From an uncultured Anaerolineales bacterium (GTDB lineage Bacteria; Chloroflexota; Anaerolineae; B4-G1): a DNA stretch of 54,659 bases. The translations under genes were made by a program, and so were the position numbers. Shown here in pieces: positions 54,309 through 54,659 of this stretch. Below the pieces are notes generated by a model that worked only from the letters and a program-made list of their open reading frames with translations, ran no database searches and was not told the origin of the DNA. The stretch covers positions 482-55,140 of the forward strand of contig CAYUIS010000004.1 of the NCBI GenBank assembly GCA_964444825.1, read 5' to 3'. Each line of letters starts with the position of its first letter. Position 1 is the stretch's first letter.

Positions 54309-54659
54309 CTATTCACCTATGCTCAATGCGCCTGCAAAGCAATCCGCCACGCATTCGAACTGACCGTCGCAGGTATCACACTTTATCGCGACCTCTGACA
54401 GTGGATCCAACCAGATGCCGTCATAGGGACAGGCATCGACGCAGTCGCCACATCCGATGCACGCGTCATAATCTACCTTGACGATACCCTTTTCGGTGCG
54501 CACCAGTGCCTCGACCGGGCAGGCCGGCAGGCAGTGTGGGTCCTCGCATTGGATACATACCCGCGCTTGTGGCAGACCTGGCCAGCTTGAAACGATCCGC
54601 ACCCCCGATTTGTTGGGGTTGAATAGATCAAAATGCACGAAGGAGCACTTTAGCTCGCA
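54309..54659 (-). CDS. 4Fe-4S dicluster protein, copy 2 (5' end outside the window)
   Basis: The frame stays open to the window edge (CELKCSFVHF...); CIQCEDPHCLPACP, CIGCGDCVDACP, KCDTC. Confidence 0.9.
   Translation of the reverse strand, partial: CELKCSFVHFDLFNPNKSGVRIVSSWPGLPQARVCIQCEDPHCLPACPVEALVRTEKGIVKVDYDACIGCGDCVDACPYDGIWLDPLSEVAIKCDTCDGQFECVADCFAGALSIGE

Noticed and set aside
24253-54659. Selenocysteine read-through or programmed frameshifts in the Mo/W enzymes
   Set aside because: All ORFs are full-length for their families, with no in-frame TGA needing recoding.

Overview
High-GC (~60% by eye) bacterial DNA whose gene content and repeat style suggest an anaerobic Chloroflexota (Anaerolineae-like) genome; the taxonomy is inference only. 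There are three blocks. (1) 1-18893: a minus-strand type VII (MacB/FtsX-like) ABC locus with one ATPase, six tandem paralogous ~800-aa double-FtsX permeases, a 58-aa mini-gene made of the fused ends of a permease, and a lipoprotein membrane-fusion protein. A divergent NarL/HisKA_3 two-component system sits beside it, and a 104-bp promoter/operator element occurs twice. (2) 18983-24221: an ABC-2 exporter with two membrane proteins and a second divergent HisKA_3/NarL pair. (3) 24253 to beyond the window end: at least 25 co-oriented genes (>=30 kb) of an anaerobic catabolic cluster. It encodes three AOR-family tungsten oxidoreductases, a xanthine-dehydrogenase-family Mo enzyme, two atypical DHODH/PreA-like flavoproteins, two deaminase-type amidohydrolases, dihydropyrimidinase, ATP-dependent hydantoinase A/B, an AOTCase/YgeW-like transcarbamylase, an opine dehydrogenase, IorAB and ADP-forming acyl-CoA synthetase. 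A low-GC orphan gene with integron-cassette-like ends interrupts this cluster. Several families of short palindromic and heptamer repeats sit at gene junctions and inside CDSs. No rRNA, tRNA, CRISPR array or transposase was seen.
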